The position numbers were made by a program, and so were the translations under genes. The notes under the pieces were generated by a model that saw only the letters and a program-made list of their open reading frames with translations, was not told the origin of the DNA and did not search any database. A stretch of 63,979 bases of DNA, counting the filler, from Catajapyx aquilonaris (lineage: Eukaryota): assembly GCA_000934665.2 (NCBI GenBank). It is 3 parts of 3 records of this genome, joined end to end, with 100 filler letters (N's around TTAATTAATTAA, not from the genome) between each part and the next. Parts side by side here need not be neighbours in the genome. Positions count along the whole stretch, not along the records: positions 1 to 21,450 come from KZ539477.1; 2 more parts are not named here. One strand, given 5' to 3'. Below, piece after piece: positions 1-11,193 of this stretch; position 1 is the stretch's first letter, and the number at the start of each line of letters is the position of its first letter.

Positions 1-67
1 CCCTCCCTCCCTCCCTCTCTCACTCTCTCTCCATACACGCACACACACACATGCTCCCCCATCGCAC

Positions 68-268
68 CTTTCTGCAGGATCTCGAGGTGCTCCCAGAGGA
101 TGTCTCCGGAGAAGGGTGGCGCACGTGCCAGAAAGGCCTCTCTTCCGAGTCCCAGCATGTCTTTGCCGCGCATGGCGAACTGCTGCACGTCGAGGCCCTC
201 CAGCGAGAACTCGCCGATGGCCCAACAGAGCCAATGGGCCACCTGCACCTCGCTCCACTCGCGCGGAT
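68..268 (-). CDS. pnt: pointed orthologue, PNT/SAM domain exon (gene continues off-window)
   Basis: TTGCAG|...AAAG|GTGCGA; DPREWSEVQVAHWLCWAIGEFSLEGLDVQQFAMRGKDMLGLGREAFLARAPPFSGDILWEHLEILQK. Confidence 0.96.
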
Positions 269-653
269 CTGCAACCAAACGGACAATATCTAGTCCACAC
301 TGCAGGTGCGCGCACGTGCCACCTGCCCCCACCCCCACCACCTCCTCCTCCCACAACCAACGGCAGGTAGGCAGGTGGCCATCACCCCTCTCCAACCCTC
401 CCCCTTGCCCTCAACTCTTAAAACCCGCCCACCATTGCATTGTCTCTTCTCCTTGGCACAGCGGCACAGCGAGGAAACAGCTCGCCGGTGCAAAAAGTGT
501 TGCAAAACGCAGCGCATGCGTGACGAGGGTGGAGTCGTCATGACGTCACCGCCGCCTTTGTTCGCCTGATTTCTAATAATAGGCCTGGGCGCGCACAATT
601 TTTGCTCCGGACTCCGTGTTTCGCAAAATTGCCAAAATGACACAAATTTTTAC

Positions 654-770
654 CTTTGGGTACACTGTGACGCATCTGGTCCTTCTCCCACGATGCGAAA
701 GATGCCTTCAGCGCCTCCGTCATCTTCTTGCTGGTTCCCGGTGTCAGCGGAGGCACCTGCGTCGGGATAT
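654..770 (-). CDS. pnt: pointed orthologue, exon with MAPK site and start of PNT domain
   Basis: TTTCAG|...AAAG|GTAAAA; DIPTQVPPLTPGTSKKMTEALKASFASWEKDQMRHSVPK; the PLTP ERK site corresponds to ETS1 Thr38; phase 1-1. Confidence 0.95.
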
Positions 771-1155
771 CTGAAAGCACATGGGAACCATGCCAATAGT
801 CTTTTATCATGTACCGCATGTCACATCATGTTCGGTTCTTTTTCCATGCCACCCTGTACACCACTCTTTCTTTCAAGGCGGCCGGCCTTCATAATTAGGG
901 AATGAGCGGAGAAAGTCTCCTCCTCACCCAACCCACCCCCCTGGACGCCATCTGGACAGCAGAGTCCAAGAGCAGCAGGCAAGCTGCGGCGTCAGGTGCT
1001 GTTGAGCCCGAAACAAAGCTGTTGCCAGCGCCACTCCTGCGCACCGGCGGACAGTACAGCACCTGCCATTCCCCCTAAACGACTTGAACGCGCGGATACC
1101 ACACGCACATCCCACAACCGGACTACCCCCTCACATGCACATACACACATATTAC

Positions 1156-1228
1156 CTTTGGCTCGAGCGAATGCTGCCTTCATGTTTCTCACTCCCATTC
1201 CGAAAGCAGGCACCGAGTCTATGTACAT
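1156..1228 (-). CDS. pnt: candidate alternative first coding exon of pointed
   Basis: ATG...MYIDSVPAFGMGVRNMKAAFARAK, then strong donor AAG|GTAATA in phase 1, in frame with exon 770-654. Confidence 0.55.
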
Positions 1229-1499
1229 CACTGGCCGGTATGGCCCGCACTGACTAGTACACCCTGTGGCTACACATCGGGAACAATCTCCCGCTCACAT
1301 TCACATACACGCGCGCCGGCTCCCGCACCCAATCCGCGGTACTCCAAGTGGCGCCTGTGGAGCCGGGGCCACAAGTAAGGAACGGAAGAGAAGGAGAAGG
1401 AGCGGAAGGACTGGCGAAAAGGGGGAGGCCGCGCGCGACTACCTCATTGGCCCACACTGGACACGCCCTCTCGCCAGCGCCACTTGGCTCCTTCTGGTC

Positions 1500-3100
1500 C
1501 CTTCTTTGCCCCCACCGACCCTTCTGATACTTCCGGGGGGCCCACCTCAACAACACTGGCCACCAACCTCATCTCTGCTCTTCTTCATCTCGGAAGACAC
1601 AGCTTGGGCACCGGAAGTCGGGGAGGTGGGGGGGATGAACAAATGACTATCAATCAGGGGGAGGGGGCTGCCGAGCGTGGAAGGGGCACCGGAAGTATTC
1701 CCTCCCCCACCAGTGCCCTGGGGCCTGAAGAAAGGAGCCGTTGGGGCAGCAGGGAGGAGTAGAGGTGAGTTGCGGTGACCTTGGCGCAGCGGAAGTGACG
1801 TGCGCCCCCTCCAAGGCCTGCCCTACTAAACAGGACCCAAAACAGCAAACCTCCTCGCAAAAAGTACCTCCACAAACATCCCCCCTCACCACCTCCCCCT
1901 ACTGCCCAATTCCAGCCCGCCCCTCCATTCATTCATTCGGCTGGCTCGTTCATTCATTCACGTAACTCGAGAGAAACTTTCCCCTCGGCTGAATGAGAAA
2001 GTGGCCGCCACTTCCCACGCCACACTTCATTCATGTCCAGCCTCCCTCTCCTCTCTCTCTCCAACTCATGGCATGCCTGGAAATACGCCACCCCTCCCCT
2101 TTCTACCATCATACACACACACGCACACACACACGTATATATACACACATCCTGCCGACCTCAAAATAATTTGCCAGGCGAGAAACAAAAGACGAGCACG
2201 ACAGCAGGATTCACGCTCGGCGCTCTTCNCCCCTCTCCCTCCTAACCCCTTTCGAAGACCGGCGCAAACTCAATATCCGCCCCAAAGGCCTTTTGCTTCA
2301 AACAGGCGGAAATTGACAGGAAGTGACGTCACTTCTTGGCCTAATCCGCTCTCTCAGAGAAAAAGAAGTAAATAAATGGAATTAAGTCACCATGTTTGTG
2401 ACGTCACGTTCCCCCTCTCCCTCCCCCGGCCTTGTGACGTGACTTCCGCCGTAGACCCCCGCGGGGGCCAAAGGTCACTGACGTCCCCCCCTCTTTACAC
2501 CTGTGGCGCTTCTATCCACCATTACTCGCGCTTCAACACGTGCCGGGTCCGGTTCGGCCATCAAGCATTGTTGTGTGCCTACCTACACGGGGGCCACCAA
2601 TCTTCTACCCGCCAACAATGTCCGCCTGGCCGCAGTTCTCCATCCTTCCTTCCTTCCTTCCTGCCTATTATTTCGCGCCGCCCCGAAACTACTAAGCAGC
2701 TACTAGTGCACTATATTCTTGGCAGCCCACACATGGCGCCGCCTCTGACCAATCGACACCCCACAAACTATCGCCGGAAAACAGTGCTGATATGCACACC
2801 GGAAGCTGAGCTGGCACAAGGAAAAACAAAGAAAGAGCGGTTAGATTGCCCCTGGGCCAGAGGACCATCATCAGGACCATGCAATTCGCCATTTTATTTA
2901 GCTGCCCCTGAGCACCCCAATTAAGTCCCTCGTCAAGAGAGAAGAGTGCAAAAGACAGCATCAAAGGTTGCCCGTGGGCCAGCTAGCCGCTGGCAGACCC
3001 CCAACCAAACAGCGATATCTGTTTCTGCTAGCTTCCCTCGGCTCTCTATCTATCTCGCTCGCAGCGGATGTGGCCGAGACCACTTCCTCTCGGGGGCCTC
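1500..3100. promoter_or_regulatory. CpG-rich intronic promoter/enhancer with clustered ETS and CRE sites
   Basis: GGCACCGGAAGT at 1607 and 1685, ACTTCCGG 1529, GCGGAAGTGACGT 1789, CAGGAAGTGACGTCACTTC 2317-2335, GTGACGTCAC 2398, GTGACGTGACTTCCGC 2434, ACCGGAAGC 2798, CCAAT 2749, TTCCCACG 2012. Confidence 0.6.
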
Positions 3101-6100
3101 TGCTCTGCCTGCCTGCCCTCACAGAGGGAGCCAGCTAGCACCACACAGAGGGCAGCACCTCCAACGGCTCCTCCCCTGCCTTCCCCGCATTTATTCTCTA
3201 TAATGGCCCTCTTCCTCATTATCCCGAGGGAGAGAGGGGTGATTCCTCTCTCCACAATCCTGGGCTCAAAAAGATGCCAAATGTGGCCGCGAAGACATTA
3301 TTCCGTAGAGTGTCCGGAATAATTCCGCACCCATCGTACGTTTGACCCTCTCCTTCAGGCCCAAAAAAGCGAAACGCCACGCCCTTCAGGTTCCGCTCTG
3401 AATCCAGATATCGCACTCTAGTGTGAGGACCGCATCCTCAGGCTTCTGTTATTCCATTTCCAGGACCATTAAAATCCGCGGAAATAACAAGTGGTTACCA
3501 ATATAGCTTGTGTCAACCTATCGCGGATCGGGAGGGAAATATCGAGATGAGGTAGAAATGGGCTGGTACGGTGACGGTGTATTTCTGGCATATGTATATG
3601 CCATACCTTTCAGGTTGGAAAATAGTATCAGTGATGTTCGTCAACAATGCGCCTAATAATGGTGCGGTCGAGTAGTGGCGCCACAGCAATCGGGCTGACA
3701 CAATAGTGAGTCTGGGCCGGTCTTTTCTGTCCCAAACTGTCCATTGAGATGTTTTCGATCGATGGACGCTTTTGTTGACCAACTATTGTTGCGTCCTAAA
3801 AATGTTTTTCGTTTGGTCGTAATTATGAATTTTACAGGATTTATCTTGATGCACCGGCCCTATGAGCCGACTAGCCAGTCGCCGTACATTGCATATATAC
3901 AGTATCTCAATCTCGTAAAATAATATACCCGAGGGCATTCTGTTTGAAGTAGCCACGCAGACTACCGCACACCAAAACAACAACAGTGACCATCCGTCGC
4001 GACACGCGGGAACCGAACAAAGGCAACGGGAAAACCCCCGTCAGATATGGCCGTATTGACATTCCAGCATAAGTTCATTGCAATCCCCTTAATAGCCAAT
4101 GCCGGCCATTCACGCCAGCAGACCAGAGGGGGGTGCACGTGCTTCCCCCCATCAGAAATCAGAAGCTAATAATGGGGGAACGACGAGTCAGCCATCCACC
4201 TGCTCAGCTTATACACACACGCCTCAGATTAGACTTTTATGAATGGGAGCCAGACACATGACGAGGCATTGCATACACGGAGTCAAGGCATGGGATTCGC
4301 CTCTGGGTACTATATGATACAAATATCGGGGTATGGCGTATATCGGGTTACATTTGCGTCTGGCAACTCTAAAAAAAATCCCAGAAATCCCGACTATATT
4401 GCTGAAATCCTAAATACGCCACAGATGTCCTGGATTTCGGCATAAGACTGACTTAGCGTGACAAAGCATGGGCGGGGTTGTGTGATGCAACTTTTAAGGT
4501 GGACACTACTTTCGCTTTGCTTAAGCGTCATAGTGTCACCATATGGTGTTTACAAAGAAAAGATATGATATAACGTGACTGTCACGTCAAATTGTCGGAA
4601 AGGGGCGTTAAAAATAATAGAAAAACAAAATAGGTGGTCAAACTGATTCATGTCGCGCTTAGGGGGGCCGGGGCAACAGGTTACTAATATTGCATCGTTA
4701 GTCAACAAGCCGGCGGTCGCAGCTTTGTGTGCGTAATTAATAATTACGCTGACCCCAACATGGGTTCATGTCATCGGTGGCATTTCGCAAACGTAAGGCA
4801 CGCTTCGGAAAATCAACATGCAGAAAACAAAGCCCGTTAACTGTTCACACATATTGAGCAGAACTCTGGGAGTACTTCGCGTTTTAAATTTCAAAATAGA
4901 CGTCGAAAGACTCGGATTTTTTTTAAGTGTCAAGGTACACAGCTATTCAAGGCGTGTCAAGTTATGATGGCCTCTTAAACCGCGTGAAACTAAACTTTCT
5001 ATCTGTTGCTAAGTGATTTTGAAACGGTCCCATTTCTGGGCTCCACTTTTTTGTGACTTTGACACTGAGTCACCCATTTTGCAAACAACCACTTGTAATA
5101 CCAGCACACACCAGGTGGCCTCTATGCTCACTCTCCCCTTCCAAAATTTAATAAAGTGACGAATCCAGGTCATGCAAAAATGCGCCATTCATTCGCAAAT
5201 TACATACTCGCATTGTGATTAATGCAATTATGAATACTTGCATTTAAATTATGTACTTACCTCTCCATGGAATTGACCCATTTTTTATTATTACTATTAT
5301 TAATGATGCGTATCGATTTATCGATATATATTGCAATATCCCTCCCAGTGCATATTAATCGATATATCTATCCCTTATCAGCAGGTCACACACCTGGCTC
5401 ATGGTTTCTGCTCTGGGAGATTACGTTAACTGATAATTGAATGAGGGAGTACTTTTTATCAATGAAACTCTTACATATACTGTATCACCGAACTGCAAGA
5501 TTCTTCAATCACCTGCTTCCACTGATTTCCCGCCCTCCGTTCACATCAACAGATTATGTTGGTGATTTCAAGTACCATTTCCCCGTCGCATATCATGCTA
5601 GATCGGACATACCCATCTCCAAATCTTCTCTTGTGACATCTGGTCAGCAACTGTAAAAACCGCTCGTTTTTTTTTTACCACGGACAGAGTTTAGTTATAG
5701 GGTTTGTAACTACTCATAAATGCGTACTTACGTTGAGGAGTTACACAATACTACAAAAACTGATTTCCAAACATAATAAATTGCGTGACTGAAGTTTCTT
5801 ACTTTCAAGATAAGGTTCTATGCAATAAAAAAGGTACCGTACGTGACGCCCCCATGCACTATTGTGTGCTTCCTTTATGACTTTTCTGTAAATATTATAC
5901 ATTAATCTCCAGTAATCCTGGGAAAAAAGATGTCAGTGTATTGTAGTCATTAGACGAATCGGTCAATGCCCTGCAGCGCTCTCAATCGGTCAAACTCTGA
6001 TGTTATTCGAACTGAGTTTTGTTGAATTCGACACAGCAATGGTGTAATGTAAAACTCTACTCCTCTTTCAAGTAGTGCACGTTATCATCGTTTGCCTCGG

Positions 6101-6826
6101 CCTTCACAGGTTCAGAGTTGAATAGCCCTATGGTGGCAATACTTATAACCTCAAAGGCAAAATCGATCGAAATGGAGTTGTCTCGGGACAACATCCTGAT
6201 AAATAACTTCCCATGTCCTCAAATATACATATCTAAGGTCAGGGGCAGGTGTGGCACTTAATGGTCTTACAATAGCACTTGTGCGATATGCATTCTCCGT
6301 CAAACTGCTCCCTTGTAGTGTGCTTGCTATACGGTATCTGTATGGTGTGTTTACTATAGCCTACTGTATATGTTGTGTTTACTATGCTCTTAAAGCTATT
6401 CCCCCTATAATAATCGGCTTATTTTTTCATCCCTCTGTCTGGAACGCTTTGGTGGGAGGGAGGGAGGGGCCTTGGTGAGTGCTGCCACCTTCTGGTCACT
6501 CCACTAAATCATCAGACCCCCCCGGGGGGGAGGGGGGTTGCTTGGTGGATGGGTCACTGGCTCACTGCGCAGCGGAAAGTAGGGTCGCGCTGCCCCCGCT
6601 ATTTCTTAGTTGTCACTCGGCGAGCCCTCTCATTAAAATTTTTCATTCCCATTGTCTTCCTCATTGCAGCTTTTGCAAAATTTTGGCTACGGGTGCACTA
6701 GTATCTAATGTCACTGCAGGTTCACTTTAATGTCACTTTTCAATATTGCTTGGAATTTTAATAAGTTACAGTGTGATCTTACAATGACAATTCGTTATAA
6801 TGTTGAGAATAATCGAATAGTTACTA

Positions 6827-7008
6827 CAGTTGAATCCGAATGTAACAGACTTCAAGGGACCGCGAAAATCGCTATGCTCTAGCCAAGGTCTGTTAGAGCC
6901 GAATACACAAGCCATATTTAAAATATGCCGGGACTGCCCTTTCAAGTCTGTTATAACCGAAAGTCTGTTATACACTGTAGCCGAGGCTGTTATATCTGGA
7001 TTCAACTG
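6827..7008. mobile_element. pogo/Tigger-like MITE
   Basis: TA|CAGTTGAATCC...GGATTCAACTG|TA. Confidence 0.75.
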
Positions 7009-7710
7009 TATTACGATTGATTGGTATACCCTGTAGGTTATCACTGTCATAGGCGGTCATTGCGTAACAGCCGCCAAGTTGGTAGCCACATTTAAAACCT
7101 ATTTAAAAAAAGCAAGTTTTGCAGTAATACCACGTCTCACTCGTTATAATTCTCGCTGTCTAGTTTTGAGAATACAAGCAGCTTAACGCGGGTTTATTGT
7201 TTTGATGGCCTTGAGCAATCGTCCAGAGTGGTTACACGTGGTAGGGTGGGAAAAATACATCCTTCAATCTCTCGGACTCCTACAGTGCACTGAGTTGTAG
7301 CCGAGTTAATGCTCCTAATATTAAATGATTTCCCACCCTGCTCCCATCAGTCATCCACCCATTTGAGCGATTGCATAAGGTCATCAAGAATGTGAATGGA
7401 CACTACTTTGTCAATTCACAGAACCTCTCAATTATAGCACACGATATACCGTTCGACGGCCACGTGACGTCCCTGCCCACAACTACAAGGCCTAACAAAA
7501 GCAGCATATCGGGTATGGAACTATTCGTGAGATTGGGCTAGATAATAGGTTAGGTTATGAAAGTTTTTGGTTCCGTTGAGCGCGTTGACAGGTGACCGAA
7601 GTTCCTATTTTGTCCACCAGGTGGCAGAATCTCCTGGAAGGTCACCGTTCAATATCAGCTGTTTACGATACAGGGTGACCTACAAGTGACTTCGCTTACG
7701 ATCTGATGAA

Positions 7711-8737
7711 CATGCGCGTACCTACGGGGGGGGGGGGGGGGGNNNNNNNNNNNGTTAGGGGTTCGAATCCCCCCCCCCCCACCACCATGAGACGTCAGCC
7801 GAGAGGAGAGAAAGAAAATGATTACTGAAGTCCGGATTATTAGGCAAATGCCGAAAGAGTTGGGATGGTTTTGTGAAAAGATCTATCCATTTCATAAGCG
7901 CAGGATGTGGAAAATGTAGGTTTTATAGTGCCTAAATTTGCCTATTCTTGCATTTTGCGCCTTTTCCTGCCTATTTGGCCTTTTTTGGTTATGGTTTTTG
8001 CACTTTTTGAAGCAATTTCGAGACTTTTTGGGTCTATTCCAAACCTATTCCTTCAGAGGCATATGTTTGTTTCTTGCGGAGTATTTTTTGTGCTTCTGAA
8101 AGTACCAAAATCGTTCAGAAGTAATATGATCATACGAATCCTGTAGCCGTGACTCGTATGAGCCGAAAGGCGGTTCCAAGCAAGAAAATCTAGAAAAATA
8201 TTTGCTAACACCTATACTATGCAAATGGAAATGCGCTGTTAAGCGGTGTGCAGTAGAGTCCAGAGCAAGTGATACTTGCTTGAACTTTGTGTCTTTTGCC
8301 CAAGTTTTGTGATTTTCTGTCAAGTTTATCGTTGTTATTCGGTTTTTGCTCTGGTTTGTGACCTTATACATTTATACTTTAGGCTTTTACAATTTGTCTT
8401 TCTCTTTTCGATTTTATGTAACATCCTCCATATGCCCACAAAAGTAAAATTTTTGTGATTATTTGAGGTTTTTTCGTGCCTAAAAATTCGGACTCTAGTT
8501 ATACCCTATCCGTACTGTAATGAAATGTAATGCTTTTGTCACTTTCTGCGTTACATTGATTGCTCTCGTAGCGGATGTCCTGGGTCCTCATTCCAGAATA
8601 ACAGTATTAATTTTGTATTACATTCTTAAATCCAAAATGCATGGGTGTTCCGTAGCACACACTCCCCCTCCCCCACTTTTTTTGGCCGGGGGGGGGGGGG
8701 NCCCCCCATGAAAATCTCCTATATGGGTACGCGCCTG
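7711..8737. mobile_element. hAT non-autonomous element with a nested MITE (about 7824-8499)
   Basis: TIR CATGCGCGTACC / GGTACGCGCCTG; perfect 8-bp TSD CTGATGAA; inner inverted ends AGTCCGGATTATTAGGCA / TGCCTAAAAATTCGGACT. Confidence 0.8.
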
Positions 8738-8802
8738 CTGATGAATAACAGCTGTATCTACAGTATGGTCAACCTGGGTAACTGATCCACTAGGCCCAGC
8801 GG

Positions 8803-9103
8803 CAGCGGTTCCTAAAGTGGGTTCCGCGAGTCAGTTAACTGCATAAGCTTACATTTTACCTACCAAGGTACCTAATTACCGTTCTAATAAATGATTCTGA
8901 TTTGAAACTGCAGTTTGTTTAATTTGAAGTCATCATATTGTATGATCAACTTAGTAAAAGTTATAATAAGTAAAAACATTACTAGAAATTTGTTTTGCAT
9001 GCTAACAATAATTACTATTTAAATTTTTATTTGGTGTTGGGGTTCCGTCAAATAATAGTGATTCGTTAAGGGTTCCGCGACTCAAAAAGTTTGGGAACCG
9101 CTG
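8803..9103. mobile_element. hAT (Charlie-like) MITE
   Basis: CAGCGGTTCCTAAA...TTTGGGAACCGCTG; CACTAGGC near both flanks. Confidence 0.75.
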
Positions 9104-10442
9104 CACTAGGCTATTACCGTAGAAATGTATAAAATGTTCCAAGTCAATAACCAGTCACACAAGCGTAAGTATAAGCTACCCAGTGACCATTAACACTAAT
9201 AAATAATGAATAAATACGGCACAACATTACACTTGTTTCTACTGGTCACACACAGCATTAAAAAGGGTAAAGCAAGCCAACTAAACATCCTATTCTCATA
9301 AAATAATATGGAGTCTCTGATATAGGCCTGGACATGCCAGGGCCTGTTGCACCTGGGATTATACCTGGGATGAAGAAATGTCAGGTTTGACAGTAAACCC
9401 AGCAGGGCTGTGACGAATGTCGTGCGTGCGCATAACATCTGCAAAAGCAAACTAAAGACTCAATAACGGCCCGTCCTATTAGTTGTACAGCAATAAAAAC
9501 CACCACCAACAAAAACAATGAGTATAGGTTGTACTCGAGCAAACAACCGAGTCTTCTTAGCAATTGGGAATTGGAAAGAGCAGGGTGGGGGGACGACATG
9601 CTATTCAGCAGTACTGTACTTGTACCTGTTCCAGAAAAATAGAATCGAATTAAGGCTCGTGATGCTACTGTGTATAGAGACGGCTATTACACTATAGAGC
9701 TTCCCTTGATTGTCGAAACAGAAACGCCGCTATTATAATAATTATACTCTGCTGTCATTGACATATCACGATGCGACCCCGACATTGGGATCAAGGAATA
9801 GAAGCCAACATACACGGAATTTCCACCAATACGGATCCAACCTGACTTCCAGATCACAGTATATTTGTGACTTGATCAGTGCACTATATAGTATAGGGAG
9901 TTAAGGTTGATTCACGATAAGGAGTACATCCTACGCAATCGAGTTTGCTAAATAGTAGTGATGTGCAACACACTACCGTCAGATCGTCTCATCTCAAGCG
10001 ATATTACAGAGGAGGAGATATCCACGAAGATAATACAATCAGGACCATACACCAGCCTTGACCAGTCCCTTTCCATTTCCCCCCACTCCTCTACACCTGT
10101 TGCCACGTAGTTTTATGCCCGTGTATTATCTGGACCTGTATCCATAAAATGGTAAAGTTCGAATCAGGCATCAAAAATATTGCGCACTTGGACCGAAACA
10201 TTGCGATCCTTTCCGAGTGGTTGTGCCTAGTCAACCGTATAGAATGTAAGATACACAGCACGATCCCCCCCCTTTCTTTCTCCCAACTTTCTTGTCTATG
10301 AATGAACCCTGATACAGAACCTTGAAATCATGTTATCAATGAACAGCCTACCAGCCAATTAAAATTCACCATACTGATTTGAGCCCTTCCCAACTAAATG
10401 ATGGCTTCAAATCACTGTACACGCTGCTGTTATTTTATACTA

Positions 10443-11193
10443 CAGCAGGTGGGTGATTGAAAAAGAATGCACGGGTTTTGAAACCCCCTAACTCGAAAAC
10501 TTGTAGACATATCTAAATGATTTAAGTTTTGAAACGCTAAGAAATGTCCAAAGTTTTGGTCTTGGTCTAGATTGTTTCGATATGAGCTCCACTTGTCGCT
10601 CGGAAAATGTACATTCGATAATCGGTGCTGCGCCTATAACCCTCTCAGACAAGTCTGGCGTTACCGTTGCGATCTAATCCTGTAGGTGCTGGAGATGCCG
10701 GATCTTTTCACCATACATGTATCTCCAGCAAAAAAAACAAAAACAAACAAACAAACAAACAAACAAAAAACATCAGGGTAAGATGGGCTTTTGGTGGGGC
10801 TAGGCATTGAGAAACTTTTCATTCAAGATTTTGCCCACTGGGAGTCGGACCAAATGAAACTTTCCTAAGGCAAGTTTGTTACGTGGATGAGGCGACTTTT
10901 TATGTGCATCGTCAAGAACAATGTGTATGGTGTAAATATCCATCACCTCCATCACCTACGGGATAGGATAGCAACCGTATATCTCCAGATATGATTGAGC
11001 GGGTTTGGCGCGAGACCGAATATAGTCTTTTTTATCTTCCGAGCAACAAATGAAGCTCATATCGAAACAAACTATGGCGAGACCAAAAATTTAGACCTTT
11101 CTCAGCATTTCAAAACTTAAATCATTAAGATATGTCTACAAGTTTTCGAGTTATCCTGTTTTAAAATCCGCGCATTCTTTTTCGATCACCCTG
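10443..11193. mobile_element. Tc1/mariner-derived palindromic non-autonomous element
   Basis: GGGTGATTGAAAAAGAATGC...GCATTCTTTTTCGATCACCCTG|TA; long arms contain decayed transposase C-terminus; same family as 23121-25082. Confidence 0.75.

Noticed and set aside
928..951. Alternative pointed micro-exon MASRGVGW
   Set aside because: Donor is phase 0 and does not fit the phase-1 acceptor at 770
1992..2019. Su(H) paired site (ATGAGAA...TTCCCACG)
   Set aside because: Spacer is 12 bp rather than the canonical 15-17, and the first half-site is imperfect
2376..2924. 182-aa plus-strand ORF and other ORFs in the GC-rich island
   Set aside because: No recognisable domain; long chance ORFs are expected at high GC
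7755..7780. GGTTCGAATCCC B box suggesting a tRNA
   Set aside because: Lies in the subterminal G/C tracts of a hAT element; no A box or cloverleaf
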